Shown one piece after another: positions 50,730 through 62,809 of a stretch of 64,000 bases of DNA; within the stretch, counting starts at the first letter, position 1, and every line of letters begins with the position of its first letter. Below the pieces are notes generated by a model. That model was not told the origin of the DNA, ran no database searches, and saw only the letters and a program-made list of their open reading frames with translations. The stretch lies in NCBI GenBank assembly GCA_004022145.1, contig RCNU01000002.1. One strand, given 5' to 3'. A program made the translations under genes and the position numbers. This stretch comes from Paecilomyces variotii (Eukaryota).

Positions 50730-51471
50730 GTTTGTATATGATTATGTTTTATATATATATGGAGCGCGACCACTGGGATATCGCAAAGTCTTTTCTAAAT
50801 AGACAACGGACACCTCGGCCGCGAAGAAGACGTCCGAATTCTGCGGATAAATTGTCCTTGTAATATGAATAGGAGCTTGTTAGTGACGCAGAGCCAAGTG
50901 TTTACATGGGTAGTTCTAGCTACCGAGTTCGGCAATTAGCTCTTTATCTTCACCCGTAAATTGTACCCCGCATCGACGGGGAGTCGTTGGGGGCTGGGTA
51001 CCTATATCGCTTGAGATTGGTCGCTAGCAATGGGGTCTGCAGTAAAAATGCTGAATCTATCTATCAGAGACTGTCAAGCATCAAATTCGGCGTCCTCGAC
51101 ACAAATAGTACATAAAATACGATGGGTTTTGCCAGTGACCAAAAAAGAGAACTCCTACACCGTACTTGGTCTGATCTGATCTGAGAAAACATACTTCCAC
51201 TCTTGCTATCTATATATGCTTAATCGGTCTTTGGGCCGAGGTTCGGTACTTAACTTACGCGGCCCGCGGAACCAGGAACATAGAATTGCGGAACGTTCAC
51301 CGGTCCGCGGATATCGGATACAACTGTTTCAGGGAGGAATAATAATATCTCAAGAATCATATACAAACAGAGGAATACCCGTGTCCAGGTAAAATGGTGA
51401 TAAATTGAACCTCATAGTTAAATCGTCGCTCTTGCTCCCCGAGACCACTTATCACTACTTACCCCGCAGCC

Positions 51472-52644
51472 ATGTCCTCAGAACCAGCAGCGTTCTCGAG
51501 AGAGGGACACAGCGATACCCACAATGCAGATTACAAGGATAATGTACTTCGGATAGCAATTATCGGTGCCGGAACCATTGGGCTCTCTTTCGCAGGACTG
51601 CATCTATCGCATCCGGCCAATCGCGATGGTGGCCGGAAAGTCGAGATCAGGATCTATGATCCCAGGCCGGGGTTGAGGGACTACGTCGAGAGGACGTTGC
51701 CTGGTAAGTTTCCAGGTGATTTATTACATTCTTTTTTTTTTTTTCTAAATATGTATTAAACGTGAACTTGTTAAACAGGATACCTGTCTCCATCCCCTCC
51801 AGAAAATATGATCCTGCAGACATCCAGCTCCGACTCGAATACAACAGAACGCATCTCTCTTCCCCCTCCCCTTTCTAGCCACACCCTCATCCTCTCCACA
51901 TCTCTTGCTGATGCCGTATCCGCCGCAAACATCGTACAAGAACAAGGGCCTGAATCCGTCTCGACAAAACAATCCCTCTGGTCCGAAATCGAATCCCTCG
52001 CTCCTCCCACTGCTCTCTTCTGGTCCTCTACGTCTGGCATACCTGCATCCGTCCAGTCGCAAGGTATGAAGAACCCAAGACGCCTCATTGTCGTCCATCC
52101 CTACAACCCGCCGCATATAATGCCTTTGCTCGAGTTGGTTCCTGCACCGGGGACGGATTTGGATAGTCCCGGTTCGGATGTTCAGCGCACGCTGGACTAT
52201 TGGCGCCGTTTGGGTCGGGAGCCAGTAGTGTTGAAAGAAGAAGTGAGCGGTTTCGTGGCGAATAGACTTGCCTTTGCGCTCCTGAGAGAAGGGGTAGAGT
52301 TGGTTAATCGAGGTGTTGCGACACCAGAAGAGATCGATCGGGTCGTTGAGCAGAGTATGGGTCCGAGATGGGCGGTTAGGGGGCCGTTTTGGAGTTACCA
52401 TGCTGGTGGAGGGGAGGGCGGGTTGAGGGGCATATTGGGAAATATCGGAGATACAATCCAGAGGTGTTGGGATGATGCGGGAAAGCCGGACTTGAAGAGG
52501 GAGGGCAGGGGGAGTGAATGGGTGGGGAGGTTGTGTGAGGATGTGGAGAGGTCGTATGGCAAGTTGGGCCAGGAGGAGCTAAAGGAGAGGGATGAGAAGA
52601 CGAGGAGGGTGTTGGATGTTACGAGGGAGGGAAGGACACTATGA
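51472..52644 (+). CDS. 3-hydroxyacyl-CoA dehydrogenase family (L-carnitine dehydrogenase / lambda-crystallin-like)
   Basis: Two exons; IIGAGTIG, VQEQGPE, WSSTSGI, HPYNPPHIMPLLE, GFVANRL, MGPRWAVRGP. Confidence 0.92.
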
Positions 52645-52799
52645 TCGATACCCATCAAGTGTTCTGAGGTGAACCACGTATATACCAGGATTATTAGACC
52701 TGTCATGGTATACACAAAGCATGAGTGCTGGCCACCATGCCTCGAAAGTGCCATTAAGATCAAGACTCTTGTCATTCAGAATTCAGAAAAAAAGGGTAT

Positions 52800-54557
52800 C
52801 TAGCTATTGATGGTTCCAGAGATACTTGCCCGAACACCCATCGACCCGTCCCGCGAGGCACCAAAGAACCGGTCTCTCACGAGCCGGACATCATCAACGG
52901 TCGTGTCATGTAACTCCATATCGAAGCGACGGAAGATTCCTGCAACGGTGAGGAATAATTCAGCATAGGCGAGACTGCAGTATGAAGTTAGTATCTGCTA
53001 TAGACGGACAAGGAATTCTACCGGAACGTACTTAATGCCCAGACACTGCCGACTTCCCTTGGTGAATGAGACGATGAAGCGATCGAGCCGTTCTCCCTTC
53101 TCCGCGGCGCGGATCCATCGTTCTGGATCAAACGATTCAGGGTTCGGGAAGATCGACGGATCCATGTGCACGAAATAGGAAGATTCACTGACGGGCGTCT
53201 AGTAAACTGTGTCAGTAACTGAGTTTTGAGAACGGGAGAATCTTTTCCCTAGCTCACCCCTGGTGGAATGACCCAGTCTTTGTATTTGAGAGCCTCGGTG
53301 GGTGCAACACGGGGAAGTCGGGTCGTGACTCCGTATGAGAGTCGTAAGCCTTCATTTATGACGGCTCCCTGTTTGAAATTAGTGTGTTATCAGATAAAAC
53401 TGGGTGTATGAGGTCGACGATTACCAGGTATGGCAGCTGCTCGAGCTCCGTCCAGGATGCAGTACTCAGCGGTGTCGGCATAACCTTCTTGAGTTCCTCT
53501 CTTAACTTGGATAGAAGAGCTCGGTCATTGAGAAGATAGAAAGCGATCGTGGTTAATGTCTTCGCAGTGGTCTCGCTGCCAGCAGCAAGGAGAATCTGTC
53601 CCTCATCCTGCAAGCGGTCGATCGTTCGTTCCTCCGGCGGTAGGTTGGGGTCGCATAGAGCGTCGAAAGCGGTAGCTTGTGAGCCTTTATTATCCGCCTT
53701 CTCAAAAGACTCAAGCGATTCCAGCGATTGCTTCCTGACCATGTGCTGGATCTCCAAGAGAACGGCCGCTTGGGGATCCAGTTTCTTCAGGAGCCAAGGA
53801 GGGATGCTCTTCGAGACGGTTAGAACAGACGGGAAGTGCCTGAGCATGGCGCCATTAGCTGACGCTTCCAGGACTGCCTCCTTCCAGCTGAGCTTGAAGT
53901 CATCCTCGTCGAGATAGTTGTAGCTCTTCCCGTAAGAGTAATGCGTGATAATATCCATGGTCAGGGCCGTGAACGCGGCATCTAGTCTGATAACGGCACC
54001 AGTCTTGCTTGCCGTCTCGAGGCGCTTGGAGAGTTTGTCTATATTCCCCTGGATCAGAGGTTCTAGGCGCATCACTGACCGTTTGGAGAAATAACTGTTT
54101 AGAAGACCACGGCGCAGACGGTGGTGGTCATGATTGATGGTCGTCACCATCGACTGCGGAGTTCCAAAGTGGGCTACGAAGCCAATATACTTCTCCCGTT
54201 TCCTCGAACCGGGAGCATAGATCTCATCATAGAACTGAGGATCCTTGATATGGAGCTCATGAGGGGTAATCCGGACAATGGGGCCTGAAGATACACATCA
54301 GTTGAGTGCATTTGTCACACTATGAATTAGGCCCAATAGTTACCATACTGTTGGTGCATGCGTTCAATCTCCCAGATAAACATGCCACCCTTGACCAGGT
54401 TGAAGTAGAACTCGAAAAGATGGGTTACTGCAGCCAGCTTCGGACCAGGGAACTTGCTCAGCGGATGGAAATATAGTCGATAGATGGCGCCCCCGATGAC
54501 ATAGGCCAGGATCCCAGCTGGGATGAGCACAGCGAGAGGAACGGGCAGGAGATCCAT
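52800..54557 (-). CDS. Cytochrome P450 (trichodiene oxygenase / CYP58-clan-like)
   Basis: N-terminal TM plus [23 protein letters not shown]-helix AAGSETT, EGLR, FDPERW, heme motif [10 protein letters not shown]; five exons. Confidence 0.93.
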
Positions 54558-55610
54558 GGTGCTTGCTGGTGTGCTTCTGCCGCCCTCAACAACCACCGTG
54601 GAAAACCTGGGGAGTCAACGTAATACGAAAAAGCACACACCCCAGAGGTCGATGCGTGGAGCTGATCTTAAGAAGCTCATAGCTGCGCTGAGGGTGTGGG
54701 CCATGAATAATACGGATACTCTCTGTACTTTAGCACCGGTCCAGCCCGCCAGAAGGTAGATTGTCCATCTATTACTCCGTAGAGGGAAAGCTGGAAAGTC
54801 AATCAATAGCTAGGAATAATGGACAACGCGGGCGCCGGGCAACCCGTCCGTGGTGGAGATTTCCAGGGTGCCGGTCGAGTTTGTAGGAAAAGCTAACTAC
54901 CTAGGTAACCATGCCAATAATAATAATACATAGATAACGATCTCATCCGGACTCGCGGTTATGAGGGATTGATGGTGCTGATCTGGACTGACTATGCCAC
55001 TATGGTATTATGATTATCCTAGGCATCTTGCACCTTGCTTTCCCGACACTCTGGGGCTGCTACTTCAACGAATTACAGTAATTCCCACCTGTTATCCATG
55101 ATTTCTGCACTGACCCTCCCGTCTGGCGCCGTCCCTGCGAGCCAGGCCGATCGGGAGCAGCGAGACTTTGTGAATCTCTGGCCAAGTAATTCAGCTACAA
55201 TTTTCCCGACGAGATAGATAAAAGGGGAGTTCTGTCGAGACTCGAGAGACAATAATTCATGAAGGCCCTCTTCCTGAAGACCAGAGATAGATCTGTCCTG
55301 TTCGTCGTCTCTCCTCGGAGCACAGTTGCAGACAGAAAAAGATCTAGGCCAGTAAAGAATACGGAGTGACCAGCGAATCATAGATATCCGCCCATTTGTG
55401 ACCTGTAAGCTGTCAAGACTCAAGCCACGCAGCCGTTGCAACGGGCGTGAGATACCAGTTTTTTCGGCGAACTCTCAACCGACCGTGCGCTTCGATAGTG
55501 TAAGATCATGATAGTCACCTCACCTCACTGGTTGGCTAACAACTCCGGACGTATCTTGCAGAGATGCTGAAAAAAAGCACAGGGGAGCAAAAAGAGAAAA
55601 CAAGGTCATG

Positions 55611-55701
55611 TGGACTATGTGGGAATCGAACCCACGACCTCTCGCAGATGCGATCATAAAGGGATGCGAAGCGAGCGCTCTACCAACTGAGCTAACAGCC
55701 C
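55611..55701 (-). tRNA. tRNA-Ala(CGC) with 18-nt intron
   Basis: GGGCTGTTAGCTCAGTTGGTAGAGCG CTCGC TT CGC A [18-nt intron] T GCGAG AGGTC GTGGG TTCGATT CCCAC ATAGTCC A; G3:U70 alanine identity pair; downstream T-runs on the minus strand. Confidence 0.95.
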
Positions 55702-56102
55702 GTAACATGCGGAAGAATTTCACTATTCGACCTTGTCAGGATGCTACATCTGTACAATAAGATCGAGCAGCGGATCCTACATTCTCTCATAGTGATGAAA
55801 GAACATCCATCCTGGTAACTACATGAGACAATCGATGAACCAAGAAATGAAAAGAAATGAGAAGAAATGAGCTTGATTTCAGCTGTGACGAGCTTTTTAC
55901 ATACAGGCCACCTGCGCCAATTATACTAGATACTCGAGAACAACCAACGGCAGCGGACACAAAGGAAATACCATCGGATTCGCTATTTGTGTTTCTGACA
56001 ATGACACAGGACAAAGGTACACTATAGAAACAGTTCAACTCCCGGCCGGGGAAGAGAAGGAACAAGAGAAAATCAACGGCTACCACGCCGACAATTCATC
56101 CG

Positions 56103-57124
56103 CTAAACAGCAGCCATCATCTTCTTAATCTCGGCGATGGCCTTACCCGGGTTGAGACCCTTGGGGCAGGTCCGCGAGCAGTTGAGAATGGTGTGGCATC
56201 GGTACACACTCATGCTGTTGTCCAGGGCCTGCTTGCGCTCCGCCGTCCGCTCGTCACGGGAGTCGGCGAGCCAACGGTAGGACTGGAGCAGGATGGCCGG
56301 GCCCAGGTACTCCTCACTGTTCCACCAGTACGAAGGGCAAGAGGTCGAGCAGCATGCGCACAGGATGCACTCGTACAGACCGTCGAGCTTACGGCGGTCC
56401 TCGGGGGACTGACGGTTCTCCAGACCCTGTTGGCAGTGGATTAGCGACGATAAGTTCCTGCAACAGGCCGCAGGGGTCGTCACTTACATCTTCGGACTTG
56501 GTATCACGCTGGAGGTAAGGCTTGATGGACTTGTACTGCTTGTAGAATTGGGTCAGGTCAGGGACCAGGTCCTTGACGACGTAGGTGTGCGGCAGAGGGT
56601 ATATCCGGGAAGCCTTTTCGGTCTCAGTGGGGATACGGCCTGGGATCGGTCAGTCCGTGTTCGCCTTCTTCGCGCCACAGGTGCACAGAAGATCACATAC
56701 ACAAGCAGGCCAGGGTGTTGACTCCATCAATGTTCATGGCGCAACTACCACAGATACCCTCACGGCAGCTTCGTCGGAAGGTGAGGGTGGGGTCGATCTC
56801 GTTCTTTATCCGGATCAGGGCATCGAGCATCATAGGACCGGTCTTGTTCAGATCCAGCGTGTAGGACTGCATCCGGGGCTTCTCCGTGGGCGTATCCGGG
56901 TTCCATCGGTAGATGTGGAAAGTCTTGATTCTGGGGTTCTCAGAAGGCTTAGGATCCGTGACAGTCGGGGACTTCTTCTCAGAGACGGGCTGCGTGCTCT
57001 TGGAGGTGGCCTCCGTGAAGCCCGCGACGGGGTCAATGGTGGCATAGGATCGCGAGAAGACAGCCGGTCGGAACAGTGGCCTCGAGGCGGCCATGAGGCG
57101 CGAGGTTGATCGCAGGGCAGCCAT
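56103..57124 (-). CDS. sdhB: Succinate dehydrogenase iron-sulfur subunit, mitochondrial
   Basis: Mitochondrial presequence; [51 protein letters not shown]; three exons. Confidence 0.97.
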
Positions 57125-58522
57125 GGCGGGCGGGCGGAAAGAAATAGAAGACGGCGAAAGGCAGCCAGACACTCCCAAACAAGGAGAAGAGGTCAATGGG
57201 ACGCGAGTAGCGAAATCCGGAGCGCGTAGAGTAGCAGCAAGCCTGAGGGGCAGCTGAAGAGGGGAGAGTGTAGCTTGACGGGCGACGACGAGGAGATTGA
57301 AGATATGAAGTCAGGAAGTTCAAGTTCGCCTTTCGTTCATGCGTCTCGCTCTACCTCGGGTCCATCGGTCGGAAACGGCTGACTCAGCACCGCACCGCCA
57401 ATCACAAGATTGCTAATTGCAAGCGTCGGGGACAAACGGCAAGCCTCGATGCCTCAGGTTGTCCATCGTCCCGTTGGCCCAGTCAAGGACGCCCTAACTA
57501 ACTACAGTAATTCTTAGTTGATTATTATCTGATCCGGCTGTCTTTATCAATGGAGAGCGAATAGTAATGACTAGTTAGATCACTCATGGGACATCCGGAC
57601 GCTCATCCTGCGCATCCCGGTCGCAATGGCAACTCCCAGACCGCTGTGGTCGGGAATCCGGATAATCTGAACATGCAACCAATCACAGCCCTCGTTTAGT
57701 TGCCGTCACATCCTCCGAGATGCCTAATTCTGCCTGTGCTGCCTCAGGTATCAATGCCTCTTTTCGGCAGTTCCGCACGAGGATGTAGGCTATTGGAGAA
57801 GCAGACTTGTGATAATGATGATACACATATAAAGATTGTTGCTTTTCTGAACATATTCTACAATACTAACATGACTCTTGAAATCTCGCAGGAGTGTCCC
57901 CAAGAGCTAAAGCTTCGTTCATTTACGATGTCCATTTGAATACCTATGACCAGTGATTACGGAAAAGCATAGATGGTCTCCTCTTTTCGCCTAATATCAT
58001 CCTCTCAATAGCTAGAAGTGTGGTAGAAGTTGGGAGTTCAATTTGTCTATCACTATCCTGGTAATGATGAAGTGCGGGTAGTTACCAAACAAAATTCACT
58101 GAACCACTACATAAATGATGTTTGCTACCACCAAGACAGGTCTAGTATGCTATCATAATAGATGGTTCTTTCCTACGTTTGAGTGCAGTTAATGAGCGTT
58201 ATACAGTGACACTACTGCCTGATGGCAGGCATTTATACAGCCCAAATTCTTTCCCTTCTTCAGTTTTTTCCACTCACCATATATATTCAAGCTTTATCTC
58301 ATCCCCCTACATCCCCTATCCGCAAGGATTCGTCTACAGAGGTAGATCATCTGTCACAAGTCATCGTCGTCCAAACTAATCAGAACCAGGGCAAAAGGAG
58401 ACAATATATAACTTCTTGAAATTGGGAATTTGGTCCACAATATACTACACTTGGTTATCGTTCTGCATTTTCTTTTCTGATAGCCTACTGTCGGACTTTG
58501 CAAGATCTTGGGAAGTAACAAA

Positions 58523-60512
58523 ATGGCGTCTACACATCGCAACCGTGGCTCAGAGGTGCTGCTTGCCTATGCCAGCCCGTCTATCTGCCCCCCATCGTCG
58601 GAATCTGATACCTCGCCCATATCCCCGTTTCGAGACGGCAGACGTCGTAAAAACCGCGACTCCAGCGAAGATTCAGACAGTGTAGAGCTTCCAGATGGGC
58701 TCATCAATGAAGATCTTCGGGCCGGAGGGCCGTATCTATGTGCGATCCCAACTCGCAGCGTCTCGCTTAGAGGAACTCCTATTTTCAATCAGATTGAGCA
58801 CCGTATGCAGCATCTTGTCCAGAAAATCTCCCAGATTCTTCACTCGTATAGGATCACTACCGAAGCGCTCGATATATGCGGCAGAATCTCCAGGATTGAC
58901 CCGGAACCGGCAGTCATCCCAACAGTTTTCGTTGTGACACCGGCCCGTTCAATAATAGATAGCAAGTGGGTTGATGCTTGTCGACAACTCCTGGACTTCT
59001 TCAGGAAGGAAGCATTGCCACAATTCTCTGTCGAGATTGCTTGTAGGCGGGCCTTCGAGTCACCGTGTTATTTCCCAGTGAAACGTACAGATGCGATCTA
59101 TCCAGTTTGGCATCAGGTTCTTGACTGTATCTTCAAGGACGTTGAGCTCACTGGTGTCAACGCTATTGAATGTTTTCGCGTGGGGTATAACGTCAACCAG
59201 GATGAGAGTCAGCCAACGATCGTCGTATCCGTGAACAGGCGATTGAGCAGAAATTGGAAGTATATACGCGAAAGGATCGTCAATATTATCAACAGCATGA
59301 GTCTCTGGAGCGTTGGGGTTAGCATAGGACCTGGTGAGGTATTGAGACAGATCGCATTCCCTCTCGATGGATTCAAGGCAGAGGCGCAAGCAGGACTCAA
59401 TCTTGGGGTCCACAGGTCCGAGAAATCCGCCGGTACCTTGTCCGGTTGGATTGAAATCGAACATCCTCGGACAAAGCGGTGGCAGAAGCTCGCTCTTACC
59501 TGCTTTCACTGCGTCGATCCTGGGATGGACTCTGTCCACTCTTCCCAACAGAACCGTGAGTTGCCTTCCATCTGCATTAGCACCGATACGTGCTTACATT
59601 AAGGCTTTAGGACTGAAATTCTGGCAAACCAATGGTATACAGCCTGAAGACCCGCACGCAAAGACCGTTCTCCGCGTTGATCAGCCCTCAGAGAAGGACA
59701 TCAAAGCTGGTCTAGAGGAACTCGATCACAGGATACAGGTCATAGCGAAGGACCCCAAATATCTGCGCTTCAAGAATGCCCTGGACACCACGGGATTTCT
59801 CATTCCCCCGGACAGGTCATCTTACAATGCAATGAAAGCGCAGAAGGAGAAATACGAGAGAGAGAAGCAGCACATTCTAAACTTCAAGTCCCACAATGAG
59901 CATGAACTGGGATATGTGTTTAGCGCCTCTGGGTACAGGGAAGAGAGGGTTGCTACAGTCAAGCACCCGTCTGAAAATTCAATACTCGATTGGGCCTTGA
60001 TCAAGCCGATGCCATCTCGAACTGGCAGCACCAACGATGTGAGTATCTTGACTCTTAATAACCTTGGACTCCAGAGTACTAATGGGTAAAACAAGATTCT
60101 CGGATATGGCACTCCTACCGTCGGATTGCCGGAGCGTCTGATTCTCACCGAGACGATGGGACCAGACATGTCAGAGATAACTACCGTCTTCAAGGCGGGA
60201 CGTTCGACGGGGTATACGCAGGGCACCTACAACGGTCTGGAATCAGCTGTTATAGCAGATAAGATCGTGAATGGCCAGACGGTCCGTACCCGTACGTTGG
60301 AGCATGCCGTGTGTGGACGCCATGGACAATGGTTCGGTGACCGAGGTGACTCGGGATCATTCGTGTTCACCTACAGTGGGACAGTCATTGGGATGATCTT
60401 CGGAGGGAATACTGACAGAGCTATCTCCTATTTCACTCACATTGTCGATATCTTCAATGATATCAAGAAGATCACAGGGGCCAGCAATGTGAGGATCTTC
60501 GGGGATATCTAA
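58523..60512 (+). CDS. Intracellular PA-clan (trypsin-like / peptidase S64-like) serine protease domain protein
   Basis: Exons ~58523-59555, 59611-60038, 60096-60512 splice in frame; SAGTLSGW, ALTCFHCV (His), ILDWALI (Asp), KAGRSTGYTQG, FGDRGDSGSFV (Ser), IGMIFGG. Confidence 0.8.
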
Positions 60513-60663
60513 GATGCCGTCAATCTGTGATTGGTTTGATGGCAGCAGGTTGTGCTTTTCGGTTTAACTCGGGTGGCTTCTTTAGGTTTCATAATCATAT
60601 GTACCTAGGTAGAGGAATGCAATTTCGGGGTTTGTCTCAAAAAATTGGTTAGTAAAAGACTAT

Positions 60664-62809
60664 CTAGTGCGTCCCAAGGTGGCCCGACTTCTCCACGTAT
60701 TTCCAGTAACGATGCTTGGACATTTCGCGCCAGCCCTTGCCCCATTTTACAAATATCAGGAAGGTAAGAGCTTGTGCCAGACCAACAAATGCTGCAACAA
60801 GGAAAGCGTTTTGGTATCCCATATTGGTAACCCAAGGAGTTATGCTGGACAATCTTGTTAGAATGGTTCCTCGAAAGTCATAGATGAGGGAGAGTATGTA
60901 ACGTACCCGTAGCCAACGGCAAAACTCATAGTGTTACGGATGATAATGACCGTAACGAGGGCCTCACCAGAGAGATCTTTATATGTATCCACGCAGTATG
61001 AAACTGAAGCTTGGATGCCGATGGTAATAGTGAAGGCGAGCACTCCCATTCCAAAGATTAAACCAAACCAGTGCACTGAGCATACGTTAGTTTCCAAACT
61101 TCAGCATATAGGACCGTGCGTGTTGTTCTTACCTCCATGAGCAGCTCCTACTCCCCATAGGATAAGAGCGAAGGGCGTCAGAAGGATGTTGATTGCAAAC
61201 AGCCAGAGACGGTGTTCTGACTCATGGATGCCCTTCTTGCGACGCGCCAATCTAATCATGAGCCAGTCTCCAAACTTTCCGCTGAAAAGAGAGCTATATG
61301 GAAGAAGTCAGATATCGAAGAGAATGCCTACGACGAGAAGGCGGTTTACCTGAGTCCGACACCTATTATTGCAGACACATAGGACAAGCCGACCATCGAA
61401 GACGAAAAGTTGTATGGTGCAGACCCCAGGATCAAGGAAGAAGTCCCGTTTAGGACGTTAAACCAAACCAGATTGGAACCATAAGCGAAACCAGAATAAA
61501 CAACGATTGGAAAGCTGAAAAGGGAGAGAGGCCGCCACATCATTTGGAAAACCTTGAATGGTCGGGGCCTGTCAAGGAGCCTGAGCTTATCTAGGTAGCT
61601 CTTCTTTTTGTACACCTCTCCAGCTTCGTAGTCGACGTCAGCCGGAGGGTTCTCCCGGGGTGTCTTCTCTTCCGTGGTCGTAGGGGCTGTCTGGCTCTCT
61701 ATAGACTCATCGCTGCTTTCGAGAGGCGTGTCTGAGACTTCAACCGCGAGTGGCTTCCGGTCGTAGTTTGTCTCTTCAAGAAAGAAGAAGAGATAGACAA
61801 ATGCAACCCCGCAGAATATTGCACACCAGTACTGGGAAACACGTTAACCATGCTCTGCGTCCCAAAGCCAACAGATCAACCTACCAAGACCCATTTCCAA
61901 TCTTGCCCATCGTTGATAAAGCCGGCCAGAACAGGAGCGAGGAAGTTACTCCCAGCAAGCATGAATGCGTAGAGACCAATGTATGCACCACGCTCATGCG
62001 TAAAATACTGCGAAGGCGACGGTCAGAATTTTCTCGAAGTATAATCCCTGTGCGACGTACAATATCTGTTACAGAGACTTCGCACAATGATTCGATCGGA
62101 GCTCCGAAGAAACCCTGCAGAATCTTGTTTGCAATCCACTGGCCATTGCTTTTCGTATATGGTGCCCAGATCATCATGGCCTGCGGATAGTCAGTACATA
62201 TGTATATAGAGACTAAGAAGAGGCATCCACCATGGTTGCTAATGTCGAGAAGAGATATACTGGCCGTTTTCCATACTGCAGTGCCAATGGCTGCCACACT
62301 AAGCAGCCCCATCCAAAAAAGAGAAACTGCGCACTGTTAGTTGCAAGCAGGGATAACTTGAAGACTGGATACTTACCATGTAGCCTGTACCCGCGTTCAG
62401 GTCGCCAAGTGTCAGACCTGTGTCCTCGGAAATAGGAACCAATATGGAGTATATCGCAGCAGACGCAATGCCGACCATCAACGTATACCTGCACGTTGCA
62501 CGTCAATAAACCACCGTCGAACTTTTGTGCTCCGCAAGTAGATACACGTACATGCACATGCAACTGGTGGATAGCATCTTCCGCCTTGGCGACCAATTCA
62601 ACGGATCATCTGGGTCACCAGAGGGCTTTGGCACCAGAACAACATCATGTTGCTTGCCCTCCGCATGCGCTGTCTGCATCTTCCCTTGCAGGTCTGGGTT
62701 GAAGCAGTTAGACTCACAGACTAGACAGCACTGAAGACATATCGCGACTCACCGACCAGATGCACCGTTCCTGGGATAACATTTTTGTTCTCGATGTGTG
62801 GCTGCGCCA
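60664..62809 (-). CDS. MFS transporter (HOL1-like DHA1 family)
   Basis: Many exons; IPGTVHLV, PKPSGDPDDPLNWSPRRK, YGKRPVYL, QGFFGAPIESL, IIIRNTMSFA, PWVTNMGYQNAF. Confidence 0.9.
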
